The notes below the pieces were generated by a model. That model saw only the letters and a list, made by a program, of their open reading frames with translations, did not search any database and had not been told where the DNA came from. From a virus, in the IMG/VR virus record IMGVR_UViG_3300017784_007549, positions 32,001 to 96,000 of that record: 64,000 nt of DNA. The stretch is one strand, 5' to 3'. Numbering within the stretch: the stretch's first letter is position 1; every line of letters begins with the position of its first letter. Positions 1 to 9,535 of this stretch are shown here, in pieces. The translations under genes and the position numbers were made by a program.

Positions 1-1
1 C

Positions 2-1818
2 GGCTATTCAGCTTCTTATATAAATCTTGGTAGTACAGGTTCAACTTTAGATATCAAAATTAATAATTTAAGTGGTAACTTAACTGCTAATTATGCTACG
101 ATTATTAATTTAGCTTCGACTGGAAATACTTTAGATACCAAGATAAATTCTTTAAGTGGTTCGAGCGCATCTGCAATTAACCTAGCAAATACTGGATCAA
201 CTCTTGATAGTAAAATTAATTCACTAAGTGGTTCAAGCGCATCCATATCAAATCTTTTTACAACTGGTTCAACATTAGATTCTAAAATAAATGCTTTAAG
301 CGGATATTCAGCATCCGCTGTTAATCTTGCAAGCACAGGTTCAAATCTATATACATTAATAACAAATTTCTCTGGAAATCTTGACACAGATTTTGCATCT
401 CAAGCAGAACTTAATTCTTTAAGTGGTTACGTTAATTCACAAGACACATCAATTTCAAATAATTTAACTTCAACAGGTTCAACTCTTGATAGTAAAATAA
501 ATAGTCTTAGCGGTTATTCTGCTTCAGCAGTTAATTTAACTTCTACTGGAATTACATTAATTAATAATTTATTTAATACAGGTTCTAATTTAAATACAAA
601 GATTGATAATTTGAGTGGTTATGTTAATACTCAAGATGCATCTATATCTAATAATTTAAATACTACAGGAAGTACATTAGATTTAAAAATCAATTCACTC
701 AGTGGTTGGTCTGCATCAGCCGCTAATCTCGCTTCTACTGGATCTAATTTAACTAATAGTATTATTTCTTTAAGTGGTTTGTTCACAGGATTTACTGGAG
801 CTTTAGATGCTATATTTGCAACTGATCTTCAATTATATAACACTGGTAGCACTTTAGATAACAAGATAAATTCACTTAGCGGCAGTTCAGTTTTACTTTA
901 TGGAGATCAAAGCATTGGTGGAGTTAAAACTTTTAGAGATAATGTTTATATTAATAATCTTTTTGTTACTGGAACAGAAACGATTGTTAGTACTAATAAT
1001 TTTAATGTTCAGAGTCCTTATATTCTATTGAATCTTACTGGTGGAGCAGTTGATGGTGGAATTTTCTTTGTTACTGGAGCAGGATTAACTGGAATAAACA
1101 ATAGTGGTCCAATTATTGGTTTTGATCATAGTAATAAATTTAAATTTGGAGTTAGTACCAGAAATAGTGACCTTTCAACTTTACCTGATATAGCATCAGT
1201 TCAAGATATTACTACTTATAGCGGTTTTGTTGATGGCACGTACTCAACCATAATAAATCTTGCTTCAACTGGAAGCACACTATCTACAAATCTAGCTAGT
1301 ACAGGTTCAACTCTCCAAACAAATATAAATAACTTAAGTAATACCTATGCTACCATCACAAATCTCGCTTCTACTGGAAGCACGTTAGTTACTAATCTTG
1401 CAAGTACTGGATCTACTCTTGATACAAAAATAAATACCTTAAGTGGATATGTTACTGGAACGAACTCAACATTTACCACGAATCTAGCTTCTACTGGTTC
1501 TACTTTAAATACAAGAATCAACAATCTCAGTGGCTATATAAATTCTTCAGCGAGTAATATTGTTTTTACAACTGGCAATCAAACTATCTCTGGAGTCAAA
1601 AGTTTTGCTCAAGATACAGTATTTGGCGACTCGGCACAAGGCGACTTTTTAGTTATTTCTGGTAATCAATTTACAATTTATGGAAGCGGTAATTTTACTA
1701 GTGGGCTTTTTGTTAATGGAAGTCCAGTACTTACTGGATCTTCAACTTTGTATGCAACAACAGTTAACCTTGCAAGCACAGGTTCGACTCTTGATACAAA
1801 AATTAATAATTTAAGTGG
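2..1818 (+). repeat. Imperfect coding tandem repeats (~60 bp / ~20 aa; NLASTGSTLDxKINSLSG) in three blocks
   Basis: Recurrent actggttcaact/aaaattaat...ttaagtgg units at ~2-880, ~1250-1550 and ~1760-1818. Confidence 0.9.
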
Positions 1819-2371
1819 AGTTTCAGTTTTAAGATTTGGTGATCAAACAATATCTGGAATTAAAACTTTCATAGGAAACCATAATATTAGTGGCAATTTA
1901 AATGTAACAGGAAATTCAAGTATAAGAGGCTCTCTTGATGTTACGGGGTTAGTTGTTTCTGGATTAGGCACGCCTTTTATTTTAAAGTCTCCTAATAATC
2001 AAAATTCAGTATTTTTTGAACCTACTCAAAATGGAAATGCTGGAGCTTTATTTTCTAATTATGTTTATTCTTCTAATATAGGTAGTCGAGGAGATGATAA
2101 TTTTGATTTTTATTATGGTGGAGGAGGAACAAGAAGTGTTAGATTTATAGGTGGTGGAGCAACAAATAGAGTTTTATTAGATTCAAATGGCAACTTTGGT
2201 ATTGGCAGTGGTATATCTTCTGTGCCGAGTAGATTTTATGTTAGTGGAGATAGCATATTACAAGGAAATTTAACAGTTAGCGGGAATGTTAATATTAGTG
2301 GTAATTATGATATTTACTCCCAAATAGAGAACTCAAAAAAATTAGCAATAGCATATGCTATAGCCCTATAA
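2..2371 (+). CDS. Long tail fibre/adhesin-like protein, 5'-truncated by the window (frame open from base 2; the 611 start is internal)
   Basis: Same frame as ORF 611..2371 reads GYSASYINLGSTGSTLDIKINNLSG from base 2; repeated NLASTGSTLDxKINxLSG units, three GxQ[ST]IxG[VI]K[TS]F neck motifs, C-terminal AIAYAIAL. Confidence 0.8.
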   Translation, partial: GYSASYINLGSTGSTLDIKINNLSGNLTANYATIINLASTGNTLDTKINSLSGSSASAINLANTGSTLDSKINSLSGSSASISNLFTTGSTLDSKINALSGYSASAVNLASTGSNLYTLITNFSGNLDTDFASQAELNSLSGYVNSQDTSISNNLTSTGSTLDSKINSLSGYSASAVNLTSTGITLINNLFNTGSNLNTKIDNLSGYVNTQDASISNNLNTTGSTLDLKINSLSGWSASAANLASTGSNLTNSIISLSGLFTGFTGALDAIFATDLQLYNTGSTLDNKINSLSGSSVLLYGDQSIGGVKTFRDNVYINNLFVTGTETIVSTNNFNVQSPYILLNLTGGAVDGGIFFVTGAGLTGINNSGPIIGFDHSNKFKFGVSTRNSDLSTLPDIASVQDITTYSGFVDGTYSTIINLASTGSTLSTNLASTGSTLQTNINNLSNTYATITNLASTGSTLVTNLASTGSTLDTKINTLSGYVTGTNSTFTTNLASTGSTLNTRINNLSGYINSSASNIVFTTGNQTISGVKSFAQDTVFGDSAQGDFLVISGNQFTIYGSGNFTSGLFVNGSPVLTGSSTLYATTVNLASTGSTLDTKINNLSGVSVLRFGDQTISGIKTFIGNHNISGNLNVTGNSSIRGSLDVTGLVVSGLGTPFILKSPNNQNSVFFEPTQNGNAGALFSNYVYSSNIGSRGDDNFDFYYGGGGTRSVRFIGGGATNRVLLDSNGNFGIGSGISSVPSRFYVSGDSILQGNLTVSGNVNISGNYDIYSQIENSKKLAIAYAIAL

Positions 2372-2379
2372 TATAAAAG

Positions 2380-2385
2380 GTGTAA
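2380..2385 (+). promoter_or_regulatory. GTGTAA putative phage late-promoter element
   Basis: Intergenic, 15 nt before ATG 2401; same hexamer in most + strand gaps. Confidence 0.65.
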
Positions 2386-2400
2386 TCTATTTAAATATAT

Positions 2401-3264
2401 ATGAAAAAACTAATACCATCAGGATATCAATTTTTAGCAAGTAGCAGAATCGTTAATTTTCCACCATCTCTTTATGGACCTCAAAATCCAGTAGCCCTTG
2501 AAAACCTATTATTGATTACCAATGTAAGCAAAGGACAAATAATATACAATTTTGCAGATTCAACAACTACTGGAGCAGTTAATTCAACTAGCGGATTTTT
2601 ATTGGGTTTTAATACAACCTCAATGGCTAATACTGATAGGTTACAAATATTTTATGATGTGCCAAGTGAAGAGTATGATTTTGCTAGTGGATATTTGACT
2701 GGATATATAACTGGATCTGGAACTAGCACAGGATTATTTTCACCACCAGTTCCAGCTGAATTTTTAGGAGTTGGAGGACGAGCAGTTGATGTAGCTTCTG
2801 GATTTTTCCCTCAATATGGCAGAGGTGCAAATGCAATATTAAATATTGATTCTCAAGGTGGTGGAGCACTAACTCTTCAAGCAGATCTTGATAAAGATAT
2901 TGATAGTGTCACAGCATTTCCTGCGGTTGGTGGTTACGCTAGTAATTATTCTATTCAAACTGGTGTTGGATCAATACTCAGCGGCAATAATAGTAGACTT
3001 GGTTGGGGTATTACTAATTATGGCACAGGAAATATTTATCTTAAATTTGGCGCAGGAGCAACAGTAACAACTGGCGTTAGTTTTGGGGTAACTGGTGCTA
3101 TTATAACTGGCAGTAGTTTTAATTTAATATTAAAAGGTGGAAATACTGAATTTGATAATAATGGCGGAAGCTTTATTGATTTTACCCCAAAGTATAATGG
3201 CCCAGTTAGCGTTGCTCAATATCCTAATGTTAATATTAAATATATTTCTTGGGAACTAGTTTAA
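2401..3264 (+). CDS. Virion structural protein (tail-fibre associated)
   Basis: 287-aa G/S/T-rich ORF following the fibre; C-terminal part resembles ORF 7326..7643. Confidence 0.6.
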   Translation: MKKLIPSGYQFLASSRIVNFPPSLYGPQNPVALENLLLITNVSKGQIIYNFADSTTTGAVNSTSGFLLGFNTTSMANTDRLQIFYDVPSEEYDFASGYLTGYITGSGTSTGLFSPPVPAEFLGVGGRAVDVASGFFPQYGRGANAILNIDSQGGGALTLQADLDKDIDSVTAFPAVGGYASNYSIQTGVGSILSGNNSRLGWGITNYGTGNIYLKFGAGATVTTGVSFGVTGAIITGSSFNLILKGGNTEFDNNGGSFIDFTPKYNGPVSVAQYPNVNIKYISWELV

Positions 3265-4088
3265 TGTATAAAAGATACTATGATATTGATGTTGATGCAA
3301 AAGCTTACGCAAACAGAATCGTAAAAGCTGGCGGAAGAATTCCGCCTGATATAGGTAGTGTTAGTGATTTCATTAGAAAGTTAAAACAAAACAATTTGTG
3401 GAATTCCCTTTCTGAAGCTTGGTTTTTTAGAAGCGTTCATAATATTGGATCTGGAACTATTGTATATCCTTTAAAAGATATTAATAATATTGGTACAATA
3501 GTGAATGGTCCAACTTGGAGTCAAGCTGGAATAATATTTGACGGATTAGATGATTATATCATTTGCAATTCTAATCAAAATTGGAAAAAATTAGTTGCTC
3601 AAAAAAATATAAGTGTTTTTGCTATAGGGACTTGTCCAACTAGTGGAGGTCGTGGAAATTTTATTACAGCATCTATCGCTTCTCCATTATATAGATTTAT
3701 TTGGTTAAATCCAAGAACAAGTTTTGGTGGGGAGTTTTGGTACGGATCTGGAACAGATGGATCTTATTCAATTGGCAGCGATAATACAAACACAGGTTTT
3801 AATATGTGGAATAGCACTGGTGGAGTAGGAAAAAGAACGATTGGCTATAGAAATGCTACGTCAATAGCTAGTAACGGAGCAGCATCAGCAGGAGATACAA
3901 GTCAAGGATACGAACAAATGCCTGATAATACTGTATCAAGTAATTTAACGTTTGGAAGAAGTGCGGGAGGCCTCCAAGGCACTTTTTCTCATTGTTTTAT
4001 TTTTAATGATTATCTTTCAGCAACAGATGTAACCACAGTTTACAATATAGCTAAAAGCACAATATCAAGAGGTTTAAATTTACCATGA
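3264..4088 (+). CDS. Paralog 1 of 5: putative receptor-binding protein with LamG/ConA-like beta-rich core
   Basis: Start revised to ATG 3264 (TAATG overlap); NGPTW...GIIFDGLDDY and terminal GLNLP. Confidence 0.65.
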   Translation: MYKRYYDIDVDAKAYANRIVKAGGRIPPDIGSVSDFIRKLKQNNLWNSLSEAWFFRSVHNIGSGTIVYPLKDINNIGTIVNGPTWSQAGIIFDGLDDYIICNSNQNWKKLVAQKNISVFAIGTCPTSGGRGNFITASIASPLYRFIWLNPRTSFGGEFWYGSGTDGSYSIGSDNTNTGFNMWNSTGGVGKRTIGYRNATSIASNGAASAGDTSQGYEQMPDNTVSSNLTFGRSAGGLQGTFSHCFIFNDYLSATDVTTVYNIAKSTISRGLNLP

Positions 4089-4885
4089 GATTTTACGATC
4101 TTGATATTGATGTTAAAAATTATGCAAAGCGCATAGTTGACGCTGGATATAAATGTCCAGCTGATATTAATAGTGTTGGTGATTTTGTAAAAGGATTAAA
4201 GATTTTAAATTTATGGGAAGAAATTATATTTTGGCCATTTAGATCATCTCAAAATGCTGGAAGTGGCACAAAGGCTTATAATTTAGGAACAATGGGAATA
4301 TATGATGGCACTTTAACCAATGGTCCAATTTGGCAAGCAAATGGAATATTTTTAGCAGATGCTACAACTCAACATATTGCTACCAATTATATTCCAGCAA
4401 TAAATGAAGATGCAAATATATTTTCTGTTGTAGAATGTAATGGTGGTGGCGCACAATTTAATGTTATCTGTTCAACAAGAAATGCAGGTCCGAATGGAGG
4501 TTTTACTTTTGCTCAAAGATGGAACTTAGGAGATAATTTTGTTGGTGTTTCATGGGTTTCAAGTGGAACATGGACAGAAAATACTCAAACAGGTTTTTCT
4601 AATGGGTCTTTTCATTCTGCAAATCTAAGATTGACTTACAATACATCACCAAAAACAAAATCAATTAGCGTCGATGGAAACTCTGAAGCTTCTCCAATAA
4701 GTGATTCTTCTTCAACTTCATTGATAGGTGCTCCATTGGTGATTGGAGGCGAAACAATATCTAGTTCAAGGGCTTTATCGGGACAAATTGCATTTTTAGC
4801 ATACTTTAGAAGAAGGAACATTAATACAAATATTCTTCATAATCTCTATAAATCCACTCTTGGTAAAGGGCTTGGTTTACCATGA
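4085..4885 (+). CDS. Paralog 2 of 5: putative receptor-binding protein
   Basis: Shared N-terminus (YDLDIDVKNYAKRI...NAGSG) and C-terminus (YKSTLGKGLGLP); ATGA overlap. Confidence 0.65.
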   Translation: MRFYDLDIDVKNYAKRIVDAGYKCPADINSVGDFVKGLKILNLWEEIIFWPFRSSQNAGSGTKAYNLGTMGIYDGTLTNGPIWQANGIFLADATTQHIATNYIPAINEDANIFSVVECNGGGAQFNVICSTRNAGPNGGFTFAQRWNLGDNFVGVSWVSSGTWTENTQTGFSNGSFHSANLRLTYNTSPKTKSISVDGNSEASPISDSSSTSLIGAPLVIGGETISSSRALSGQIAFLAYFRRRNINTNILHNLYKSTLGKGLGLP

Positions 4886-5682
4886 AATATTATAAACTAG
4901 ACAGAGACACAAAAGCCTATCTTAAAAGAATGGCCGTTGATGGAATTAAAACTCCAGCTGATATTTATTCTGTTAATGATTTTATTGTTGGATTAAAGGA
5001 TTTAAATTTACAAGACTTTACTGAAGCTTATTTTTACTCTAATTTACATAATGCTGGATCTGGAACAGTTTATAGTTTTAGAAATAATTTAAACAATGGA
5101 ACTATTGCTGGCACTCACAACAGAAGAACAGACGGAATAGAACTAACCAATGGATCAAGTAGCGTTATAAACACAAACTTTTTAATGCCTTTTGCGCCAT
5201 GTACTTTTATATGTATATTTAGATCTCCTGCGCAAGTTAATGTAATAGCTCCTACGGTTTTTTATACAGCAGGGGCTAGTACTAATGGAAATCAATTTGC
5301 TATATTGAGCACTAGTTTATCAGATAGTAGATTGAGTTATGTCGCCTACGGAAAAAATTGGACAGGTACTATTTCCGCTAATCAAACAGCAGCTAATGCT
5401 AAAAATTTAAGATTTAATTTTGCATCTTTTGTGATGCCAGATAAAAGAGGTCCGTTAAGATATGCTTTTAATAATGCTTTTCTTACAGGAAGTTCATATG
5501 CTACAGTAGATGATGGTTTTAATACAACTAGAGCGTTTTATAGAATAAAAGGTAATGAGTCGCCAAGTAGTCCAATTCTTCATTCTGCTCTTTTTTTTGA
5601 TAGAAACCTTTCTGATGCAGAAGTTACAAGTATTTATAATTTAATTAAAGTTACTAGCGGAAAGATGTTAAACATACCATGA
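4882..5682 (+). CDS. Paralog 3 of 5: putative receptor-binding protein
   Basis: Shared termini (TPADIYSVNDFIVGLKDL...HNAGSG; GKMLNIP); ATGA overlap. Confidence 0.65.
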   Translation: MKYYKLDRDTKAYLKRMAVDGIKTPADIYSVNDFIVGLKDLNLQDFTEAYFYSNLHNAGSGTVYSFRNNLNNGTIAGTHNRRTDGIELTNGSSSVINTNFLMPFAPCTFICIFRSPAQVNVIAPTVFYTAGASTNGNQFAILSTSLSDSRLSYVAYGKNWTGTISANQTAANAKNLRFNFASFVMPDKRGPLRYAFNNAFLTGSSYATVDDGFNTTRAFYRIKGNESPSSPILHSALFFDRNLSDAEVTSIYNLIKVTSGKMLNIP

Positions 5683-6521
5683 GATTTTATCAACTAGACA
5701 ACGATACAAAAAAATACATAAAGCGCCTTAATTATAACGGCATTAAAACTCCAACTGATATAACTTCGGTAGATCAATTTATTAGAGGATTAAAAGATCT
5801 TGGAATATATGGCAATATGATAGAAGCTTGGTTTTTTAGAAAAAATCATAACGCAGGAAGTGGTAATATTGTTTATGCTTTTAGAGATAGTTTTAATAAT
5901 GGTACAATCAATAATATTTCAACTGCAAGTTGGAATGACAGAGGATTAGTATGCACAGCAAACGCCACAACTTCTCTTTCTAATTATGTATCTTGTAATC
6001 TAAGATCCAATTTACTTGAAACATGTAGTCTATTTTCTATATTCATGAGCACTCCTGCTGGTATGGAAAATTTTACAAGTGGTTATCCTTATGTTAGTAG
6101 TCTAAGTGTTAATAGTTATCCTAATAATAGTATTTCAATTCTTGGAATAAGTAATAGTGGAACTAGTTGGGGTGTGGAATCAAAAAGCAGCTTCACAAGC
6201 AATATTTCAGGCAATACTCTTTTTAAAATAGTAAAAGGATCTTTTACCTCTTCTACAATATTAGCAGAAAGCAGAAATTCTTCTTCAACTCTTACGTCAG
6301 CTTCTACATCTAATACTAGCACTCCAAGAACAGTATCTTATGATCGTATTATATTTGGTGGTAGATGGAGTTCTGGATCTATTCAATCAAACAATGGATC
6401 TTTTGGAGTAAGTTTTCAAGGCACTCATATTTTTCATTGTTTTTTTAATATTAATGTTGATTTTACAAGTTTTGAAAGTTTATTTAAAAGTACAATTGGT
6501 AAAGGAATAGCTCTACCATGA
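5679..6521 (+). CDS. Paralog 4 of 5: putative receptor-binding protein
   Basis: Shared termini (EAWFFRKNHNAGSG; KSTIGKGIALP); ATGA overlap. Confidence 0.65.
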   Translation: MRFYQLDNDTKKYIKRLNYNGIKTPTDITSVDQFIRGLKDLGIYGNMIEAWFFRKNHNAGSGNIVYAFRDSFNNGTINNISTASWNDRGLVCTANATTSLSNYVSCNLRSNLLETCSLFSIFMSTPAGMENFTSGYPYVSSLSVNSYPNNSISILGISNSGTSWGVESKSSFTSNISGNTLFKIVKGSFTSSTILAESRNSSSTLTSASTSNTSTPRTVSYDRIIFGGRWSSGSIQSNNGSFGVSFQGTHIFHCFFNINVDFTSFESLFKSTIGKGIALP

Positions 6522-7300
6522 TAACTAATAGAACATATGGAATGGATGCTGATGTTATAACTTATAACGCAAGAATAGTAGCTGGCGGCAACCAAAGTCT
6601 AAGCATGCAAAGCTTAAGACAATTAAATCAATTTGTAATTTCAATTAAAAAAATGAAACTTTGGCATAATATGGTATGCTGGCCATTAAGAGCCAATCAA
6701 AACGCTGGAACTGGAACTACTGCGTACAGTTTGGGTGGGTTGGGGACTTACAATGGGACGCTAACAAATGGCCCAACTTGGGAGACCAATGGAGTTTTTT
6801 TTAATCGTCTAGCAGCTACACATATATCTGCAACTCGACCAATTGGGACTGCGGCATCCTCGGCTTACTCAATTTTTAGTGTTCACGTTAATTTTGTGGA
6901 AGATTCAGAATATCGAGCATTATGGATTGGCAGGGATGCAAGCAACGACAGAATGTTTTTTCGCACAATAGGTGACGCATTTTCGGCGAGTAACAACGGG
7001 CCGGCCGCACCTTCAGGTGTTGATGGTAATCATAGCACAGTTTTGGTGTCGGGAGCGGGCGATACACCAAAGAATATTTTAGCCTACAAGGACGGGGCTA
7101 TTTCTGGAACTGTAAGCGGAAATGTAACTGGAACAAATACTATCTATCTTATTGGTGGAGACGGTACTCTTAGCACACGCTCTTTTGGTTTTCCAATCGC
7201 ATTTAATGGTGCATTTAATCTTGCTCTTTCCGCGGTTGACGTTTTGCAAATTCACACCCTCTATAAAACTACCCTTGGCCAAGATTTAGGTTTACCATAA
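6518..7300 (+). CDS. Paralog 5 of 5: putative receptor-binding protein
   Basis: Shared termini (WPLRANQNAGTG...GTLTNGPTW; YKTTLGQDLGLP); ATGA overlap. Confidence 0.65.
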   Translation: MITNRTYGMDADVITYNARIVAGGNQSLSMQSLRQLNQFVISIKKMKLWHNMVCWPLRANQNAGTGTTAYSLGGLGTYNGTLTNGPTWETNGVFFNRLAATHISATRPIGTAASSAYSIFSVHVNFVEDSEYRALWIGRDASNDRMFFRTIGDAFSASNNGPAAPSGVDGNHSTVLVSGAGDTPKNILAYKDGAISGTVSGNVTGTNTIYLIGGDGTLSTRSFGFPIAFNGAFNLALSAVDVLQIHTLYKTTLGQDLGLP

Positions 7301-7307
7301 TAAAAAA

Positions 7308-7313
7308 GTGTAA
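7308..7313 (+). promoter_or_regulatory. GTGTAA putative late-promoter element
   Basis: Intergenic, 12 nt before ATG 7326, no Shine-Dalgarno. Confidence 0.65.
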
Positions 7314-7325
7314 TAAAAAATATAT

Positions 7326-7643
7326 ATGATATCAAACAATCCAGTCTCCACAGTTATCGCTAATACATTTGGTCTTCAAGGATCAACAGTAATATCTAGT
7401 AATTTTAGTGGACTTTCTCCTGCTACTCTTGTTTCAGGTCTATTAAATAGAGAAGTTTTAACAGTATTTAATGAAGGCGCTGGAAATTTGCATATTTCAG
7501 CTGGAGGAACATGTACCACAGGGATTTATCAAGTGCGCTTATCTGCAGGAGATTACTGGGAATGTCCAGAGAATCAAACTACTCTTATTCATACAGCCGT
7601 ATTTGCAACAACTGGTACTGCTAGGGTAACTCAAGTCAACTAG
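7326..7643 (+). CDS. Small virion protein
   Basis: 105 aa; R..LTVFNEGAGNLHI motif shared with the C-terminal part of 2401..3264. Confidence 0.55.
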   Translation: MISNNPVSTVIANTFGLQGSTVISSNFSGLSPATLVSGLLNREVLTVFNEGAGNLHISAGGTCTTGIYQVRLSAGDYWECPENQTTLIHTAVFATTGTARVTQVN

Positions 7644-7652
7644 GAGTAAATA

Positions 7653-8330
7653 ATGCCTCTTACAAAAGCTACACTTTCAGTTCCTCCTCTTAATGCATCA
7701 ACAACATTTAGAAGATTCGCTGCGGTTTCTGGAGTTACAACACAACTTATTTATTATTATACATTATTCGCGCCACCAGCTTCAAATTCTGGTTTAATTA
7801 TGCCAAACTGGATAAGTACAGAAATCGGGGGAACTTGGACTGGTAATATTAGTATAGATGTGCTCATGACTGCTTCGGCTGGAGCTGGAGCTACAGTAAA
7901 AATGAGAGGCAACCAAGGGGTAACCACAACTGGCGGAGGAATTACCGCTAGTAATGGTCCTTATTTTATAGCTTGGTCTGGTGGAATAACGCTAGCCCAA
8001 GACGATGTAATTGTCGGCAATGTTACTGGGGCGAGTGGGAAAGTTTTCAAAAGTGGCGCTGGTCTTACTGATACTTGGCTATACGATTTATCTGGAAACT
8101 TATTCTCGACAGCAGATACTAATTTTACAGTAAATGGGGTTTCTTCTGGAGCAGCTATTACTAATACTGCCTTTGGCGCAAGTCCAGCGGTAGGAATTTA
8201 TTTTACACCAGCTCCAGCTAATCTTGCTGACAAGAACGCTGGTTTTTATTCGCCATTTATTTTCAATAAAGGTAGAACAATGGACGCAACCTCAATTGTT
8301 CAATTCTCCTATTCTGGATTTGCAGTTTAA
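7653..8330 (+). CDS. Putative virion protein
   Basis: 225-aa G/A/T-rich ORF with AGGAG SD, no recognisable motif. Confidence 0.5.
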   Translation: MPLTKATLSVPPLNASTTFRRFAAVSGVTTQLIYYYTLFAPPASNSGLIMPNWISTEIGGTWTGNISIDVLMTASAGAGATVKMRGNQGVTTTGGGITASNGPYFIAWSGGITLAQDDVIVGNVTGASGKVFKSGAGLTDTWLYDLSGNLFSTADTNFTVNGVSSGAAITNTAFGASPAVGIYFTPAPANLADKNAGFYSPFIFNKGRTMDATSIVQFSYSGFAV

Positions 8331-8429
8331 TTGAGTTAATATTTTAATAATTATATATTTATTCTAACACAGTTACTCTTATTTTCTACTATTATTGGTT
8401 AATATATTTTTTAATTTAATATTTATATA

Positions 8430-8435
8430 GTGTAA
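8430..8435 (+). promoter_or_regulatory. GTGTAA putative late-promoter element
   Basis: End of a 115-bp AT-rich gap, 10 nt before ATG 8446. Confidence 0.65.
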
Positions 8436-8445
8436 TATCTATTAT

Positions 8446-9087
8446 ATGACCAATAAAATTGTAGATATATCAGATGAAATTTATCGCGAATTAGGCGAGC
8501 CAAGTGATATTAGCATCCCTAGCATAGCTTTTTGGCTAAGAACGAATTTGGGCAAATTAAACATTTTAATTAATAAAAGATACACCATAAATACTCTAGA
8601 CCTAGAAGTAGATGCTATCAGTCCAGAAACATTCACAATAATAGAAAAATCAATCCTTAAGAAAATGTATAATATACATTATTATGATAGACAGATTATT
8701 AAATTAATAGGAAAATCTAGTGCTTTAAATTTAATCAATCAAGATACTTCTTCTAGTGGAGAAAACGCTACAACTGGGTCAGCTAACTCTGATAGTCTAG
8801 AAATTTCAGAAAATGGATTCTCATATAAGAAAACTAATAGCGAAAGCACAAGTCAAATTTATAAAAGAGCAACAGATGCTATTAAAGCAAATACTCAATT
8901 TGTAAGGCAGTTAGGTTTAAATTTTGTTGAACTTAAAAAGCAAGAAGTTTCAGAATTAAAAATGTTAACTCAAAGTTATAATTTAAATGAAGTTAGTCCA
9001 TTGCAAATTGCTGGAGACGATACTATTGTAGCTAATGATAGACCTTATACTTATAATTCATTTGTAAGAAATATAGAAAATTTATAA
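8446..9087 (+). CDS. Putative head-tail adaptor/neck protein
   Basis: Size, helical character and position at the start of the neck-tube block (synteny inference). Confidence 0.45.
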   Translation: MTNKIVDISDEIYRELGEPSDISIPSIAFWLRTNLGKLNILINKRYTINTLDLEVDAISPETFTIIEKSILKKMYNIHYYDRQIIKLIGKSSALNLINQDTSSSGENATTGSANSDSLEISENGFSYKKTNSESTSQIYKRATDAIKANTQFVRQLGLNFVELKKQEVSELKMLTQSYNLNEVSPLQIAGDDTIVANDRPYTYNSFVRNIENL

Positions 9088-9091
9088 AACT

Positions 9092-9535
9092 ATGGCATCT
9101 TTAATAAGTGCAGCAGAAATTAATAATTATCATAACGCCATAAATGATCATTTTGACACATTTAAAAGACAAATTACAGTTCATAAAGAACCCATAAAAA
9201 ATATAACTCAAAAGACTACAAATCAATTGCTAGGTTATCAAGAAGATTCTAATATTGTAGATTATACATATATTCCTCGTAATGAATCTTTTGATGCCAT
9301 TATAAGTTACGATGTTAAAGCAGAAAATTTACTGTTAGATAACGAATTGAAATTAAAATTTCCAAATCAATTAGTAGAAATAAAAGTTAAACAATTAGCA
9401 AGAGACTATATCAATAATGATGCAACAGAAAAAATAACATTTGATAATAAAAATTTTAATCTTGTAAGCTCAGATGTTATCAAAAATTATCAAGGACTTG
9501 TGTATTACGCATTTTATTTAAAGGAAACAAGATAA
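9092..9535 (+). CDS. Putative head-closure protein
   Basis: 147 aa, beta-rich C-terminus (KITFDNKNFNLV); synteny. Confidence 0.45.
   Translation: MASLISAAEINNYHNAINDHFDTFKRQITVHKEPIKNITQKTTNQLLGYQEDSNIVDYTYIPRNESFDAIISYDVKAENLLLDNELKLKFPNQLVEIKVKQLARDYINNDATEKITFDNKNFNLVSSDVIKNYQGLVYYAFYLKETR

Noticed and set aside
2-880. ~60-bp periodic repeats as a CRISPR array
   Set aside because: Units are degenerate at third codon positions, in frame, and lack unique spacers; they are coding repeats
3264-7300. Diversity-generating retroelement or invertible shufflon
   Set aside because: No reverse transcriptase or invertase in the window, all paralogs co-oriented, and no TR/VR pair seen; an element elsewhere in the genome cannot be excluded
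8331-8445. AT-rich gap as a replication origin or ncRNA
   Set aside because: No iterons or stable hairpin seen; only the GTGTAA element is supportable
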